53,553 bases of DNA, taken from a virus. Its lineage: Duplodnaviria > Caudoviricetes. The notes beneath the pieces were generated by a model, which worked only from the letters and a program-made list of their open reading frames with translations, was not told where the DNA came from and made no database searches. Position numbers and translations under genes: made by a program. Below are positions 27,392 to 38,140 of the stretch, piece after piece (the stretch's first letter is position 1; each line of letters begins with the position of its first letter). The stretch spans positions 1 through 53,553 of the IMG/VR virus record IMGVR_UViG_3300039071_000075; one strand, 5' to 3'.

Positions 27392-29317
27392 ATGGCTCAG
27401 TTAATTAAGAAAAAATTTATAGGGGATGGTCAGGTCGATGGCAGTAAAATCCTACTCGACGACGTAAAGTCGATTAAAGTAGTAGATTCTACAGATGCAG
27501 AAATTGATTTGATTAAACTCGATACAAACGATAAGGTTGTTGTCAGCAATGATCTAGTCGTAGAGGGAGATTTAGTAGTTCAAGGCGTAACTACTACAAT
27601 CGAGTCTCAAACGTTAGAAGTTGTTGATGCGAACATTCTCATTAACAAAGGCGGAACTCAGTCAGTAGCAAATACTAATGGCGCAGGTCTTACAGTAGAA
27701 ATGACGGACGCTGTAGACGCTAAACTTGCTTATGACAGCTCACTAGCTTCGAAGTTTAAAATTGGCGAAGAAGGCAGCGAACAACAGATCGTAACCGTAG
27801 GTCACACTCAAGCGTTGTCTAATAAGACAATTGACGCGGACTCCAATACTATTTCTAACTTAGAAGTAGATAATCTTAAATCTGGAGTTCTAAACACAAG
27901 TTCAAGTCTTGCCGGAGCTTCAGATGCTCAAGTTCCCTCTGCTCTTGCAGTAAAGAGTTATGTTGATACCGAGATTTCTGATCTTGATGCAGTGTATCAT
28001 AAGATTGGCGGTCAGAGTTATGGTTTGACAGCAAAAATTGGATCTCTTGACGCATCTGATATTAATATCGTAAGAAATGACCAGTCTAGAATTCTAATAT
28101 CTGAAAATAACACCACATTATCTGCAGCTCAAAATGTAGAGCTTAACGCAGGATCTGCTCTTGTAGTTAATAGAAACTCTGCACTTCGACTTTTTGTTGG
28201 TGAATTTGATACTCAGGTCGTAAAGGCTCTCGGAGTACAAAACAATAATCTATTCAACTCTACTACTAGAAGACTTAGCATTAATCCAAATGATAACGGC
28301 TTTCATAGTGTATGGATGGAGAATTTACCGTCTGGAGAACAGATTGAATTCGGAGCATTTGCATCTACAGATGTAAGCGGCGGTACTACTGCTCTTGTAG
28401 GTTCTCGAGTCCTGTCTACACTTGCGGGTGATGGATCTTATTCTGGCGGTAGTATTAGAGTTGCTACTTCTGCAGAATCCGGATTTTCAGATCTTGCAGC
28501 AAATTTACAGATCAGCTCAGGGAATATCAATCTCCAAACTGCTAGTGGATTTATTAAAGGTACAGGAGCTGCCGCTAATTCAGGTAACATCGTACTTAGC
28601 ACAGGTGCTGCTGCTGGAACAGGTAGTCGAGGTATCGTTACACTTGACGGTGCTCATATTGACGTGACCAATAAGCAGATTAAAAACGTATCAGCTCCTA
28701 CAGTAAATGGAGATGCAGCTAATAAGTTGTATGTTGACACAGCAGTAAGCGGTCTTCAGTCTGATCTTGATGCAGTTGAACAGGACGTTGCTGATTTAGT
28801 TACTCTCTCTGGCGTAGCAGCAAATTCAGTAAACCTTGGCGCGTTTACAGGTGCTACTCTTAGTGATACAGAAACAGTAAAGTCAGCTTTACAGTCTCTT
28901 GAAACAGCTCTAGAGCTAGACCAACAAGCTCTTGCAAATCACTTGGCTGACGCTGTAGATGCACACGATGCTTCTGCAATTTCAGTATCTCCTGCTGTAA
29001 ATGGTCAGTCTACTGTTCAAGCAGTTCTAGAAGACCATGAGTCTAGAATTGATGTTTTGGAATCAGCAACTGCTCCCGTTTTCTTCAAAGAAAAGTTTGT
29101 AATTGCTACATCTGTAGCACCTAGCACTATTACACTTACTCACACTCCACTCGCCAACTCTATCGTTGCTTTCGTAGATAGACTTGCGATTCATGAAGGA
29201 GCAGGAGAGGATTACACCGTTTCTGGTAATGTAATTACTATCTTGAATCCGGGTAATGGAAATGGTCAAATTGGGAACGGAGATACAGTTTACGTCACTT
29301 ATCAGTACATTCCATAG
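27392..29317 (+). CDS. mosaic fibre protein
   Basis: GDLVVQGVTTT, DAANKLYVD, coiled coil, HDASAIS motifs; strong RBS. Confidence 0.78.
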   Translation: MAQLIKKKFIGDGQVDGSKILLDDVKSIKVVDSTDAEIDLIKLDTNDKVVVSNDLVVEGDLVVQGVTTTIESQTLEVVDANILINKGGTQSVANTNGAGLTVEMTDAVDAKLAYDSSLASKFKIGEEGSEQQIVTVGHTQALSNKTIDADSNTISNLEVDNLKSGVLNTSSSLAGASDAQVPSALAVKSYVDTEISDLDAVYHKIGGQSYGLTAKIGSLDASDINIVRNDQSRILISENNTTLSAAQNVELNAGSALVVNRNSALRLFVGEFDTQVVKALGVQNNNLFNSTTRRLSINPNDNGFHSVWMENLPSGEQIEFGAFASTDVSGGTTALVGSRVLSTLAGDGSYSGGSIRVATSAESGFSDLAANLQISSGNINLQTASGFIKGTGAAANSGNIVLSTGAAAGTGSRGIVTLDGAHIDVTNKQIKNVSAPTVNGDAANKLYVDTAVSGLQSDLDAVEQDVADLVTLSGVAANSVNLGAFTGATLSDTETVKSALQSLETALELDQQALANHLADAVDAHDASAISVSPAVNGQSTVQAVLEDHESRIDVLESATAPVFFKEKFVIATSVAPSTITLTHTPLANSIVAFVDRLAIHEGAGEDYTVSGNVITILNPGNGNGQIGNGDTVYVTYQYIP

Positions 29318-29332
29318 TAACTTAAGGATAGA

Positions 29333-29367
29333 GAAAGGAGCATGATAACCATGCTCCTTTCCTTTTT
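29333..29367 (+). terminator. Rho-independent terminator
   Basis: GAAAGGAGCATG-ataac-CATGCTCCTTTC + CTTTTT. Confidence 0.8.
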
Positions 29368-29372
29368 AAAAA

Positions 29373-32300
29373 ATGACAATAGCGGTAAAACCAAAATTCA
29401 TTAGCGCAGACATGACTACAGATACCGAATTGGCATCTATAGATCAGAAATTTGACACGATTACGGACAATCTTTTAAATCAATCAAAAGACTCAAAAGT
29501 AATTGTTGTAAAAAAACAAAACGCAGCTACTGGAGAGTTTACCAGTATCAAATCCGCAATCGACTCTATAACAGATGCCACTTCTACTAATCCATACATA
29601 GTTAAAGTAGGTCCGGGAGTTTATACCGAAGACGTCATAACAATGAAATCTTGGGTTTCTGTAGTGGGACACTCCGACAATTCAACAGTAATACAACCTA
29701 TCACGAACACGCAAACTATAATTACGGGAGCGGAAAGTTCTCAACTAACTAATGTTACTCTTACGGGAGCCTCGGGAATAAGCGGCAGAGCAGTTTATCA
29801 TCAAGGAACTGTAGGTGCTCCTTTCGTTCTAAAGAACGTTACCTTTGGAGGTAACGAAACCCAAGTAGCAATCCACGGAGCTACGGCTACTACGTTGTGT
29901 CGAGTAGAAAATTGTACAATGGGAGGAGGTAGCACTTCCGATTTTACAAATGGATTTACTGTAACCAATGCAGGATCTATTGCAACTTCACTCGTAATAA
30001 ATAACTTCATATTTCAAGACGTAACTCCTCCATATGCAACTACACTCTTGTATGCATCTGGGATTAATGTAAGAGTGTCGATAGCTACTTCTACTTTTAG
30101 AATAGGAACTGGATCTTCTGCCGAAGGATTGGTTGTTGAAAACGGCGCAGATTTGAGAGTTAACAATAGCAGTTTACGAGGATTTGATAAATCTGTCTAC
30201 GCTAAAAACGTAGGAAATGCTCCGAACATTGTAACGCAAGGGTTGTGGATCAGTGAATCAACAACGTATGATCTATTGATCGAACACCCGACTACCACTG
30301 GAGAGGCTTTTGCATCTTATCAGTATACAAAAGTTTTAATACCGGAAACTTCAACTTTCTTTTTAAAGGGAAAGGACATTAGAAGGCTTTTTGTTAGTAA
30401 GAAAGGTGGAGATTTTTCTTCTATTAAAACAGCCCTAGATAGCATCCTAGATAGTTCGGAGTCGATCAGATATGTCGTAGAAGTTGGACCCGGAGAGTTT
30501 GTTGAAGATGAAATGACCATTCCAAATTATGTGTCAGTTCATGGAAGTGCTATTCAAACGACCATTATAAAGCCATCAAACACTCTTCAAAATTTGTTCA
30601 TAATGGGAACCGAGACTGAAATTTCATTTTTTACAATGGTAGGATTGAATGGTACAGGAAAAGCGGCTGTAAAGATACAAAACGTAGGTGATTTTGCTCA
30701 ATTGCATAAAATTTCAATTTATGATTTTGACATTGGAATTGAGCACAACTCCACTACCTCGGATTCAAATCTTTATATAGAGTATGTAGATATTAATGGA
30801 GATTATACTAATGCAATTAAAGCAGCTTCCTCTAATGGATTTTTAAATAGAACCCAAGCAGAAAACTTCTATGCATTTGAAAGTTTAAATCTTGATGCGG
30901 AAACTATATATGGAACGGGTACTAACTTAGAGTTGCAGTTTTTTGTAACTAAACTTTTTTGCGAATCAACTCAAAAAGGTATAGTTGTAAATAATGGGAC
31001 ATCGCTGAGATTGAACGCTGCGGAGATATCTGGGGCTTCTGTGGGAGTTGAAGTAGAAAACCTAGGAACTGGAAGTAAGATTGTTACTCTAGCCACTTCT
31101 ATTGCAAATAATACTATTAATTATCTACTATCTCACCCAAGTACTACTGGTAGCATTTTCGGTGGAGTGGACTTGTCGAAAGTTCAAATTGATCCCGCAG
31201 CTCAAGTTTCAGTTCTTTTCCTAGATGTTGTGAACAGTGGTATTGCTTTGAACGGACCATTCTTTTACTCGAACAATTCCTACGAAAACCTTACTGAGAT
31301 TTCTCAGCTAATAGTAAACGCGCCTCCTATGGGAGTCATGGATGGAGGGGAGTTATCTGTAGACGCTGGACTAAGTCTGGCGGTTGCTGAAGGTTTTGGA
31401 TATTACATGACTTCAAATATCCCTTCGGATATTCTTGTTAAAAAAGAATGGGAGAATTCTACAATACTACTCCCTTCCCAATCTACCTTATACGTTTATT
31501 TTAATAATTCTGGAATTTTAACTTCAAATACAACAGAGCCAGATCCTGAAAAGAATATTATATTGGGTAGAGTTATTACTAACTCTACAGGAATATCTTA
31601 CATTGAAAAAACTCCGTTTAAGATACATCACCTTCCCATGCTCCTGTCGAAAACTCTCAGACACGCTTTTGGACCAGTGTATGTAGAGGGAAACCTTGTA
31701 ACAGAAACAGGAACTAGACAGTTACATGTCACGTCGGGACATTATCATTTTGCAGAACACAAGTTCGGACCTGTTGGTGGAAATCCAATAACGTTCGACA
31801 CTCTTTATAAATCCTCAACTGCCGGACAGTGGGTGAAGACTACTGGAGTTACTACAGTTAGTAACTCACAATATGACAATTTGTCCGGTACATTAGTAAC
31901 AATTCCCGCAGGTAAGTTTGCTAAACATCTTCTTGTCGTTCTCGGAGGACCAAGCGAGCAGTGGATTCTAATTTATGCTCAAGATATCTACGACACAGCT
32001 CAAGAAGCAATAGATGCAGGACTGCCTGCTATTCCTGAGTGGATGGGAGTTTATTCATCTTTTGCTAAAGTAGCCGGGATTATTGTTGGATCTAGCGAAA
32101 CAAACCTCAACACGATAACAGACGAGAGACCTAAAGCTTCTTTCTCTGCCAGTTCTATAGCAGGTGGAGGCGCAGGAATTACTAACCACGGTGCTTTATC
32201 TGGTTTAGGCGATGACGACCATACTCAATACTTGCTAAGCGCAGGCACGAGAGCTATGAGCGGATCGTTGGATATGGGTGGAAATAGTATCACTAACGTA

Positions 32301-32825
32301 AATTTGGTAGATGGGGTTGATGTAAGTGCTCACGCATCTCGACATTTACCAAATGGTGTTGATCCACTATCTACTGGCATACCTTCCTCCACGGGTTCGC
32401 AAAACCAAATCGGCATTGCCAATGCCTTTGCTCGCCAAGACCATATTCATAATACGGTAATTGCAAATCAAGAAGCATCTGCTACTGCAAACACTACCAC
32501 AACTTCCACTACGGATGTTACACTAAACTCCATGTCAATCACGGCAGGAGTTGCTGGTACATATCTTGTAAACTGCAGTACTTCAGTTACCCATGGAACA
32601 AATGGAGCTGTAACAACGCTGTCTATATATGCCAATGGTGTGCAAAATGCTTCTTCTAGTAGAGCGGTTATTGCTCGTGCTGGTAACAACAATTTTCAAC
32701 ATATGCTCGGAACTTTTGCAATAGTTACCGTTACCGCAGGACAAGTTATCGATGCAAGATGGAGAACTTCTGCGGGAACTGCTACGGCTCAAGTGCGCTC
32801 TATTAATATTTTGAGAATCGGATAA
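29373..32825 (+). CDS. tailspike-like protein with two pectin-lyase-like beta-helix domains
   Basis: Two copies of G.F.SIK.A.DSI...Y.V.VGPG...E cap; HGALSGLGDDDHTQY motif. Confidence 0.75.
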   Translation: MTIAVKPKFISADMTTDTELASIDQKFDTITDNLLNQSKDSKVIVVKKQNAATGEFTSIKSAIDSITDATSTNPYIVKVGPGVYTEDVITMKSWVSVVGHSDNSTVIQPITNTQTIITGAESSQLTNVTLTGASGISGRAVYHQGTVGAPFVLKNVTFGGNETQVAIHGATATTLCRVENCTMGGGSTSDFTNGFTVTNAGSIATSLVINNFIFQDVTPPYATTLLYASGINVRVSIATSTFRIGTGSSAEGLVVENGADLRVNNSSLRGFDKSVYAKNVGNAPNIVTQGLWISESTTYDLLIEHPTTTGEAFASYQYTKVLIPETSTFFLKGKDIRRLFVSKKGGDFSSIKTALDSILDSSESIRYVVEVGPGEFVEDEMTIPNYVSVHGSAIQTTIIKPSNTLQNLFIMGTETEISFFTMVGLNGTGKAAVKIQNVGDFAQLHKISIYDFDIGIEHNSTTSDSNLYIEYVDINGDYTNAIKAASSNGFLNRTQAENFYAFESLNLDAETIYGTGTNLELQFFVTKLFCESTQKGIVVNNGTSLRLNAAEISGASVGVEVENLGTGSKIVTLATSIANNTINYLLSHPSTTGSIFGGVDLSKVQIDPAAQVSVLFLDVVNSGIALNGPFFYSNNSYENLTEISQLIVNAPPMGVMDGGELSVDAGLSLAVAEGFGYYMTSNIPSDILVKKEWENSTILLPSQSTLYVYFNNSGILTSNTTEPDPEKNIILGRVITNSTGISYIEKTPFKIHHLPMLLSKTLRHAFGPVYVEGNLVTETGTRQLHVTSGHYHFAEHKFGPVGGNPITFDTLYKSSTAGQWVKTTGVTTVSNSQYDNLSGTLVTIPAGKFAKHLLVVLGGPSEQWILIYAQDIYDTAQEAIDAGLPAIPEWMGVYSSFAKVAGIIVGSSETNLNTITDERPKASFSASSIAGGGAGITNHGALSGLGDDDHTQYLLSAGTRAMSGSLDMGGNSITNVNLVDGVDVSAHASRHLPNGVDPLSTGIPSSTGSQNQIGIANAFARQDHIHNTVIANQEASATANTTTTSTTDVTLNSMSITAGVAGTYLVNCSTSVTHGTNGAVTTLSIYANGVQNASSSRAVIARAGNNNFQHMLGTFAIVTVTAGQVIDARWRTSAGTATAQVRSINILRIG

Positions 32826-32828
32826 TTT

Positions 32829-33323
32829 ATGATTTATAGTTTTTCAAAAAACGATATAAACGTAGCAAAGCTTGACACTGAACTTAAAGTATTAAATCCA
32901 GCAATTACTGCAATCAGCGTAACCGGAGATGAGGTTATTGTTCATGTTAGTCGTGATTTAATTGAATCCGAAGTAACCGCTGTAAGTGTTGCTATTTCTT
33001 CCCACAGTTCGGCTGACATAGTTAGTCCACAGGAAGTAGTCCGAAATGTGATTATAAATGCTATGAGCTTTGGAAATTCTTTAATTGTAGAATTCGCTAC
33101 AGAGAACGTTCTGATGGGAATTACCCAAGCGGGAAAAACCAAAGCAGTATCTGATCTTCTATCAGACGTTATGAGATATGCCATGTCTGGCAGTCTTTAC
33201 GAAGTTATCAATGAAGTAGATCGTCTACTACAAGCCGGACTGCCTGCTGAACTAGAACCCTTCATAAGTACTTCAAGACTTACTTCGTTTCGACAAAAAA
33301 TTGTAACCTACCTTCAAGGGTAA
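32829..33323 (+). CDS. hypothetical (possible fibre assembly/chaperone) protein
   Basis: Follows the tailspike; helical C-half. Confidence 0.5.
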   Translation: MIYSFSKNDINVAKLDTELKVLNPAITAISVTGDEVIVHVSRDLIESEVTAVSVAISSHSSADIVSPQEVVRNVIINAMSFGNSLIVEFATENVLMGITQAGKTKAVSDLLSDVMRYAMSGSLYEVINEVDRLLQAGLPAELEPFISTSRLTSFRQKIVTYLQG

Positions 33324-33325
33324 TC

Positions 33326-33832
33326 ATGATAGATATGGTCACTATAGGCTTTAGTAAGCCAAAAAACAAAGTGCTACCCATAGGTTCATGGGCAATTAGA
33401 CTATTCATGAAAACGTCATACAGTCACGTCTACATACGATTCTATAGCGAATCCATTAATAGAACCTTGATATACGAAGCAGTGGGAGTTGGCGGAGTTA
33501 GATTTATAGGAGAAAAACTATGGAACACAAAAGCTACAGAAATAAAATCATTTACATTAAAAGTTAAAAAAAACAACTCCACAACTCTGCTACAAGAGCT
33601 AGTAGATGATTGCGGAATAGACTATGGACATTTGCAAAATCTAGGCATTTTCCTAGCTCGAATATTTAATTGGAAAAAAAATCCGTGGAGAAAAGGAAAA
33701 AACTGTTCCGAGATTGTAGCTAAGTTTTTAAAATCAGAAGGATATCAGTTAGATAAAGCCATAGACTTAATAACCCCAAAAGATATTGAATCTATGCTTT
33801 TGTCTAAAATCCAGAACTTAGAGTGTCCCTAA
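33326..33832 (+). CDS. permuted papain-like (YiiX/YaeF-type NlpC/P60) protein
   Basis: YSHV precedes NCSEIV; ITPKDI C-terminal motif. Confidence 0.78.
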   Translation: MIDMVTIGFSKPKNKVLPIGSWAIRLFMKTSYSHVYIRFYSESINRTLIYEAVGVGGVRFIGEKLWNTKATEIKSFTLKVKKNNSTTLLQELVDDCGIDYGHLQNLGIFLARIFNWKKNPWRKGKNCSEIVAKFLKSEGYQLDKAIDLITPKDIESMLLSKIQNLECP

Positions 33833-33842
33833 CTATATTAAA

Positions 33843-33853
33843 TAACAAATATT
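33843..33853 (+). promoter_or_regulatory. putative late promoter box (TAACAAATATT)
   Basis: Intergenic, upstream of ORF 33896. Confidence 0.65.
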
Positions 33854-33895
33854 ACAGTAAGAGCTTTTCAGTTCTTATAACCAAGAGGAGATTGT

Positions 33896-34276
33896 ATGAT
33901 GGAAGAATTCATGGAGCTTTTAAAGAAGAAAGCTCAAAAGCAAGGCGGAGTTAAAAACGACGCTAAAATGCAAGCTAAGGCTGCAATGGCAAAGGAACTC
34001 TCTGACGTTTTGGGCGGAGATATTGCTGACGGTATCAAAAAAGTTACCGTTGCTTCTAGTTCAAAAGAAGGAATGAAAGAAGGTCTCGAAAAAGCTCAAG
34101 AGCTTGTAGAGGCTAAAGATATGGGCGAGGAGTCTGAAGAAGAATCAGAAGAGTCCGAAATGATGGAGTCTGAAGAAGAGAGTGAGGACGAAGGTGAAGA
34201 GTCAGAAGACGATCTTTCTTCTAAAATCGCAGAACTCGAGCAACAACTAGAAAAGCTAAAAAGTAAGAGATCGTAA
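33896..34276 (+). CDS. highly acidic protein
   Basis: E/S-rich tract; GAGGAG RBS. Confidence 0.65.
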   Translation: MMEEFMELLKKKAQKQGGVKNDAKMQAKAAMAKELSDVLGGDIADGIKKVTVASSSKEGMKEGLEKAQELVEAKDMGEESEEESEESEMMESEEESEDEGEESEDDLSSKIAELEQQLEKLKSKRS

Positions 34277-35268
34277 TGATTGGAATCAAAGCGGGATTAA
34301 CTACTAACGAAATGCTTCGCTCTATTAAAAGACGAGCACTCGTTCCAGATAATCAAAATACATTCACCGATCAGGACTTTATCGAATTGATGAACGAGGA
34401 GATGATGATTGGAATCGTCCCTTCAATTCTTCAAACGAAGGAAGAGTATTTTATTTACAAGCAAGTAGCCCCGATTGTTTCTAATAAATCAAACTACCCG
34501 ATCCCTGAAAGAGCATTAGCTAATAAGCTACGAGAAATCTCTTTTATCGACAACATAAACAATCCAAATCAGAACGAGTATGAGTTAACGCAGATTGCTA
34601 TTGACGACAGATATACTAGTTTGTCAGGAGCTGGAAGCTCGGATTTCTCTGGATTTCGTAGATTCTACGTTCAAGGAAGTGACATTATTCTTCATCCCGC
34701 AGTAGGCTCTACTGTGTACGGAGGACTAGCTTTCTATTACTACTTGCGTCCTAACTCTCTAGTAAAGGATTCTGAAGTTGGTAGAGTTTCTAACATCAAC
34801 AGAGAAACAGGTGTAATTACGTTTAGCGAACTTCCTTGCGAATTCACAAAGTTTGCCAAGGGAAGTAATAACGAGTTAGTAAGGTATGATTTTATAAAAG
34901 CAAAATCTCCTCACAATATTTTAAAAATAGATCTTACTATCGAGTCAATCAACGCTACGGCAAAAACTGTAACCATGAATCCTGCAGAGATTCCACTGGA
35001 CCTAGAGTCTGGTGATTTTTTCGCATTTGCAGGGCAGAGCTGCGTTCCTAATATCCCCACTGAACTACACGCCATACTGGCTCACAGAGTAGCACAGCGA
35101 GTTTTAGAGGCTATTGGAGACACCGAAGGATTAAACAACGCTACTAATAAACTAGCGGAAATGGAATCAAAACTCGCTACTATGTTGGATAACAGAGTAG
35201 AAGGTGCTCCAAGAAAGGTAGTTAATCGCAGCTTAATGATGGGATCAGCTAGAAACAGAAGGAGATAG
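34276..35268 (+). CDS. head-tail adaptor / tail tubular protein A-like
   Basis: Position before nozzle-sized gene; helical N-terminus, YPIPERA, PTELH. Confidence 0.6.
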   Translation: MIGIKAGLTTNEMLRSIKRRALVPDNQNTFTDQDFIELMNEEMMIGIVPSILQTKEEYFIYKQVAPIVSNKSNYPIPERALANKLREISFIDNINNPNQNEYELTQIAIDDRYTSLSGAGSSDFSGFRRFYVQGSDIILHPAVGSTVYGGLAFYYYLRPNSLVKDSEVGRVSNINRETGVITFSELPCEFTKFAKGSNNELVRYDFIKAKSPHNILKIDLTIESINATAKTVTMNPAEIPLDLESGDFFAFAGQSCVPNIPTELHAILAHRVAQRVLEAIGDTEGLNNATNKLAEMESKLATMLDNRVEGAPRKVVNRSLMMGSARNRRR

Positions 35269-35270
35269 AA

Positions 35271-38138
35271 ATGTCTCAGTCCATTAACCTAAAAGCTGCA
35301 GGATTGCAGACTTTTTATCAAAGTCTTCAGGAGATTTCTCCCGGAGCACTTCTTAAAGCTAATAACACAGTAATCGATCAGAGCGGTATAATCTCTCCGA
35401 GAAGAGGGATTACTGCGTACAGTCAGGTTTCTCCTGACCCAATCAAACAACTACTACAATACAAAGGCAGAGTTCTCAGACACACCGGAACTACCCTGTC
35501 TTATGACAACGGTACGGGCACCTTTCTACCTTTTGACGGAGATTTTATCGAAACCTCTCCGCAATATAGACTAAAAGCTCTAGAAGTTAAGAGTAACTTT
35601 TACGTTGCTACCGATCAAGGCGTTAAGAAAATTTCTGCTAGATCTCCTAGCGATTTTCAATTTCCGGACGTAGTTCAAAACTGCGGAGGTCCAAAGGCTA
35701 TTTCTGGGAGCTTAAGTTTAGTCAGTACTTCTGGATTTTTAAACCAAGGGGCTACGGTATCTTATCGCGTACTATGGTTATACACCGATCCAAATCAAAA
35801 TTTAATACTAGGTGCCCCGTCTTCTTCGATGATCATATTCAACAATGAGGCTGGAAGTAGGAATGTGGAAGTTAGATTCCAAGTACCTTACAATGTCAGA
35901 AATACGAATTACATTTACAGAGTTTATCGTTCCGAGCAATCTACCTTCGGAACACCTTCGGACGAAGTGTATCAGGTATTAGAGGGGTTTGTTAGCGATT
36001 CTCAGCTTACAGTAGGAGAAGTAGTTGTTGTGGATACGGCTCCTGAAGTTAATAGAGTAGGAGGAGTTCCTCTATATACCAATCAATTTAGCGGAGAGGG
36101 AGCTTTACAGGCAAATGAACCTCCTCCAGTAGCAAAGGATTTAGCTTTCTTTAAAGGAAGTATGTTCTATGCGAACACCAGAACTCGTCACCGTCTACAA
36201 CTAAATATGCTTTCTGTTGAAAATATGATCGCGGGAGTAAGTAGCATTGTTATTAGCGGACTCACTTATACATTCGACACGGTAGAAAATCCAACCCTAA
36301 AACGAGTTAAGTTGGGTAGTTTGGAAGAAACCGCAAAGTCTCTTGTAAAAGTTATAAACTCTGATCCGGACGAACTAGTAGCAGCCTATTATGTTTCAAA
36401 TATTGGAGATGATCCCGGAAAGATGATTCTAGAAAATAAAGACCTAGAAGATATTTCTTTTTACGTTGGTACAACTCAATCAAATATAGCAGCAGATTTC
36501 AGTCCAGTGCTAGGAACTGGAGCAACTATTACAACTCAAACCGTCAGCTCTGTTGAAAAATTTGGAAACAGAATTTACTATTCTAAGTTTCAAGAAGTAG
36601 AAGCTGTTCCTATTTTGAATTACTTGGACGTTGGGACTAGGGATGATGAAGTAGAGAGAATCATTGCTCTACGAGAATCTTTATTTATTTTCAAGGGAGA
36701 CGGAGTATATCGTCTAACAGGAGAGAATACTATTTGGAGTGTGTCGATATATGACAATACTTCTATAATTAAAGCTCCAGACAGCGCAGTAACTCTTGCA
36801 AACCAGTGCTTCTATTTTTCAAATCAAGGCGTAGTCAAGCTTAGCGAGTCTACGATTGATCCCATATCCACTCCCATAGAAGACAAGTTACTTCCATTTT
36901 TAGCAACATGTCCGGCAATCAAAACAGTTTCTTTTTCCGTGGCTTATGAGTCGGATAAGTCCCTACTATTCTGGACGGTTTTAAAAAGTTCAGACACTGT
37001 AGCCACGGTATGCTATCGCTACAACTACTACACTAATGCTTGGACCGAGTGGAAGATATCCAAAACCTGCGCAGTATTGAATGTGCAACAGGATAGATTA
37101 TACTTTGGATCAGCGGATAATTATGTAGAGATAGAGCGTAAGAGTTTTAATAGATTTGATTATGCCGATAGAGAATATATCAGTTCGCTGAAGAGTAATT
37201 CAATATTTTCTAACGTAATTGTAGTGGACGAGTATCAGCCGGAGAAACAGCAGGTAGAAATAGGGGATGTGATTTTACAGAATCAGTATGTCACTATTTC
37301 AGAATTTAACTCCTTACTTAAACAATTAGATAACGACGGAAGACTTAAGGCATCTGGAATCTACCAACCGGGACAGCTAGAGTGTACTCCATCTGCATTT
37401 TATGACGCTCTGAAAATGAAAGCCGGAGACAGTCTAGATGAAAAACTATTAAGTCTTAGAGATAAACTCAGAGTGGCAGATCCTCCGAGTCGTTGGACAA
37501 CTCCAGATAGTCATGGAAACACTGACTACCAGTATACGAGCACTACTAGTTTCTCGAACATGCAAGTTCAATATAACAAGATGATTGATAGATTAAACCA
37601 ATCTCCAACAGCATTTAGAGATAATTATCCAAGATCGTTGGAAGTGAAGACTTATGAGGCATCTGTAGTAAAATTAGACAGAACCAAGTTTAGAGTAGAA
37701 CTCAGCCTAGCTCCTTCCTTTATGCAAGGGGAATTAATAATCTACAAATCCATACCTACAGAAATAGAATATGCTCCGCAACATGATAATGATCCAGCTT
37801 CTTTTAAACAGTTTTCTACGGGCACTTTCATATTCGATAGACGTTCATTTTCGGTAATGAACATTGGATATAGTAGTGACTCTAGTAGTAACGTAGAATA
37901 CATACCGACCACTTCGGAGTCTTACTCCATTTATGGGGGAGTTACTTGGGGAGAGAATAGTATCTGGGGAGGGCAAGGGGATCAAGCTCAACTGAGAACT
38001 TATGTTCCTCTCAGAAAGCAGAGATGTAGATTCTTAAATTGTAATCTTACTCATAGGGTTGCATTAGAGTCTTATAAACTATATGGACTTACTTTATCAG
38101 TTCGAAGATATGTGGTAGCAGATAGAGGATATAAGTAA
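35271..38138 (+). CDS. tail nozzle / DNA stabilisation protein (tubular B or P22 gp10-like)
   Basis: 955 aa beta-propeller-like; RIYYSK, LFIFK.DG.YRL, YNY.TNAWTEW. Confidence 0.72.
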   Translation: MSQSINLKAAGLQTFYQSLQEISPGALLKANNTVIDQSGIISPRRGITAYSQVSPDPIKQLLQYKGRVLRHTGTTLSYDNGTGTFLPFDGDFIETSPQYRLKALEVKSNFYVATDQGVKKISARSPSDFQFPDVVQNCGGPKAISGSLSLVSTSGFLNQGATVSYRVLWLYTDPNQNLILGAPSSSMIIFNNEAGSRNVEVRFQVPYNVRNTNYIYRVYRSEQSTFGTPSDEVYQVLEGFVSDSQLTVGEVVVVDTAPEVNRVGGVPLYTNQFSGEGALQANEPPPVAKDLAFFKGSMFYANTRTRHRLQLNMLSVENMIAGVSSIVISGLTYTFDTVENPTLKRVKLGSLEETAKSLVKVINSDPDELVAAYYVSNIGDDPGKMILENKDLEDISFYVGTTQSNIAADFSPVLGTGATITTQTVSSVEKFGNRIYYSKFQEVEAVPILNYLDVGTRDDEVERIIALRESLFIFKGDGVYRLTGENTIWSVSIYDNTSIIKAPDSAVTLANQCFYFSNQGVVKLSESTIDPISTPIEDKLLPFLATCPAIKTVSFSVAYESDKSLLFWTVLKSSDTVATVCYRYNYYTNAWTEWKISKTCAVLNVQQDRLYFGSADNYVEIERKSFNRFDYADREYISSLKSNSIFSNVIVVDEYQPEKQQVEIGDVILQNQYVTISEFNSLLKQLDNDGRLKASGIYQPGQLECTPSAFYDALKMKAGDSLDEKLLSLRDKLRVADPPSRWTTPDSHGNTDYQYTSTTSFSNMQVQYNKMIDRLNQSPTAFRDNYPRSLEVKTYEASVVKLDRTKFRVELSLAPSFMQGELIIYKSIPTEIEYAPQHDNDPASFKQFSTGTFIFDRRSFSVMNIGYSSDSSSNVEYIPTTSESYSIYGGVTWGENSIWGGQGDQAQLRTYVPLRKQRCRFLNCNLTHRVALESYKLYGLTLSVRRYVVADRGYK

Positions 38139-38140
38139 CC

